A DNA stretch of 64,000 nucleotides, taken from positions 4,402,001-4,466,000 of the forward strand of contig OZ287753.1 of NCBI GenBank assembly GCA_965649765.1. The letters are read 5' to 3'. Numbering within the stretch: position 1 is the first letter of the stretch; each line of letters starts with the position of its first letter. Below, piece after piece: positions 63,381 to 64,000 of this stretch. The stretch comes from Bispira polyomma. Taxonomy: Eukaryota. Position numbers and translations under genes: made by a program. The notes beneath the pieces are model-generated. The model ran no database searches, was not told where the DNA came from, and saw only the letters and a program-made list of their open reading frames with translations.

Positions 63381-64000
63381 CTATCTGTCTCCGGGGTTTC
63401 TCTTTTCTATACCCCTGTCTGGTTTATACTACTAATTCTTGTGGCTTGGTCAGGTTACCTGTTTTTCAATAATAGGTACCCACGTAAAATTATACTAGAA
63501 ATTCACTTCAATACATCAGGCTCAGACACATATATATATATGGTATATTAGGTTTGTGGTTTATAATTAGGTTTCTATCAAGTTAACACCTACAGAGATA
63601 ATTAATAAACACACTGACTTTACACAAACAAGTCAAGGTCACACAAACTAACTGGGTAGATAAATGGGACCAATTGCCTTTTTCGTTATAGATGTCCATG
63701 AATTAAGAAACAAATATTTATCAAACCATGATTGCAAAGACACCCTATTCTTTACAATACCACATAATATTTTATTATATTCCAAATTAACACATTATTT
63801 CAATGTCCTTATTTGTTATGTAACATATTATTTTATTCACAACATGTGTTTTTCTGTGTTTAATGGTTGCATATTATTGGTATTTGAACATATAATATCT
63901 TATTATCTGACAGTATATTTATTATCATTAAAGTTTACCCTAACAACTCATCAATGTGACATCTCATGGTCATTGTGTAAGTCAACAAACTTTGAAATAA

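Larger units (their letters stand above)
15990..64000 (+). repeat. Tandem segmental array, unit B (about 4-6 kb without insertions); copies about 15990-19670, 23160-24720, 29900-34040, 34320-49050, 49050-54540, 54755-64000
   Basis: Collinear shared blocks such as aattggtttgtactt, cagtaagatc, cattaac(t/c)acacagac, cagacttattggaca, gttacatgga, tttgagaacagcacag and aggattgggcttga. Boundaries are approximate. Confidence 0.85.

Noticed and set aside
63930-63950. Telomerase-template-like ttaccctaac
   Set aside because: Not a proper CTAACCCTAA template and not conserved in the paralogs at 32450, 40722 and 52225.

Overview
AT-rich eukaryotic (invertebrate-like) DNA with no recognisable host protein gene. 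The backbone is an old, same-orientation tandem array of two multi-kb non-coding unit types: unit A in about 4 copies at 4.4-29.6 kb and unit B in about 6 copies at 16-64 kb. The array is riddled with TE insertions: L2/CR1-group and L1/Tx1 LINE fragments, tRNA-derived SINEs, Harbinger-type MITEs and an Academ-like long-TIR element. Two tyrosine-recombinase retrotransposons with split direct repeats (Ngaro-like; A1-gag-pol-YR-B1-A2-spacer-B2) sit in the array. One is intact on the minus strand (41379-48452) and one is decayed on the plus strand (57013-63380). Main observations: (1) both divergent elements carry a phase-1 splice donor at the equivalent point in gag and a phase-1 acceptor just after the pol stop, predicting a spliced Gag(N)-YR fusion; (2) the intact element has a textbook -1 frameshift cassette at gag/pol; (3) both share an ACTG|TGTAAG junction and inserted without a TSD, checked against paralogous empty sites; (4) the host array copies show pair-preserving and compensatory substitutions in plus-strand helices, suggesting a cryptic array of structured ncRNA. 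All alignments and folds were done by eye.
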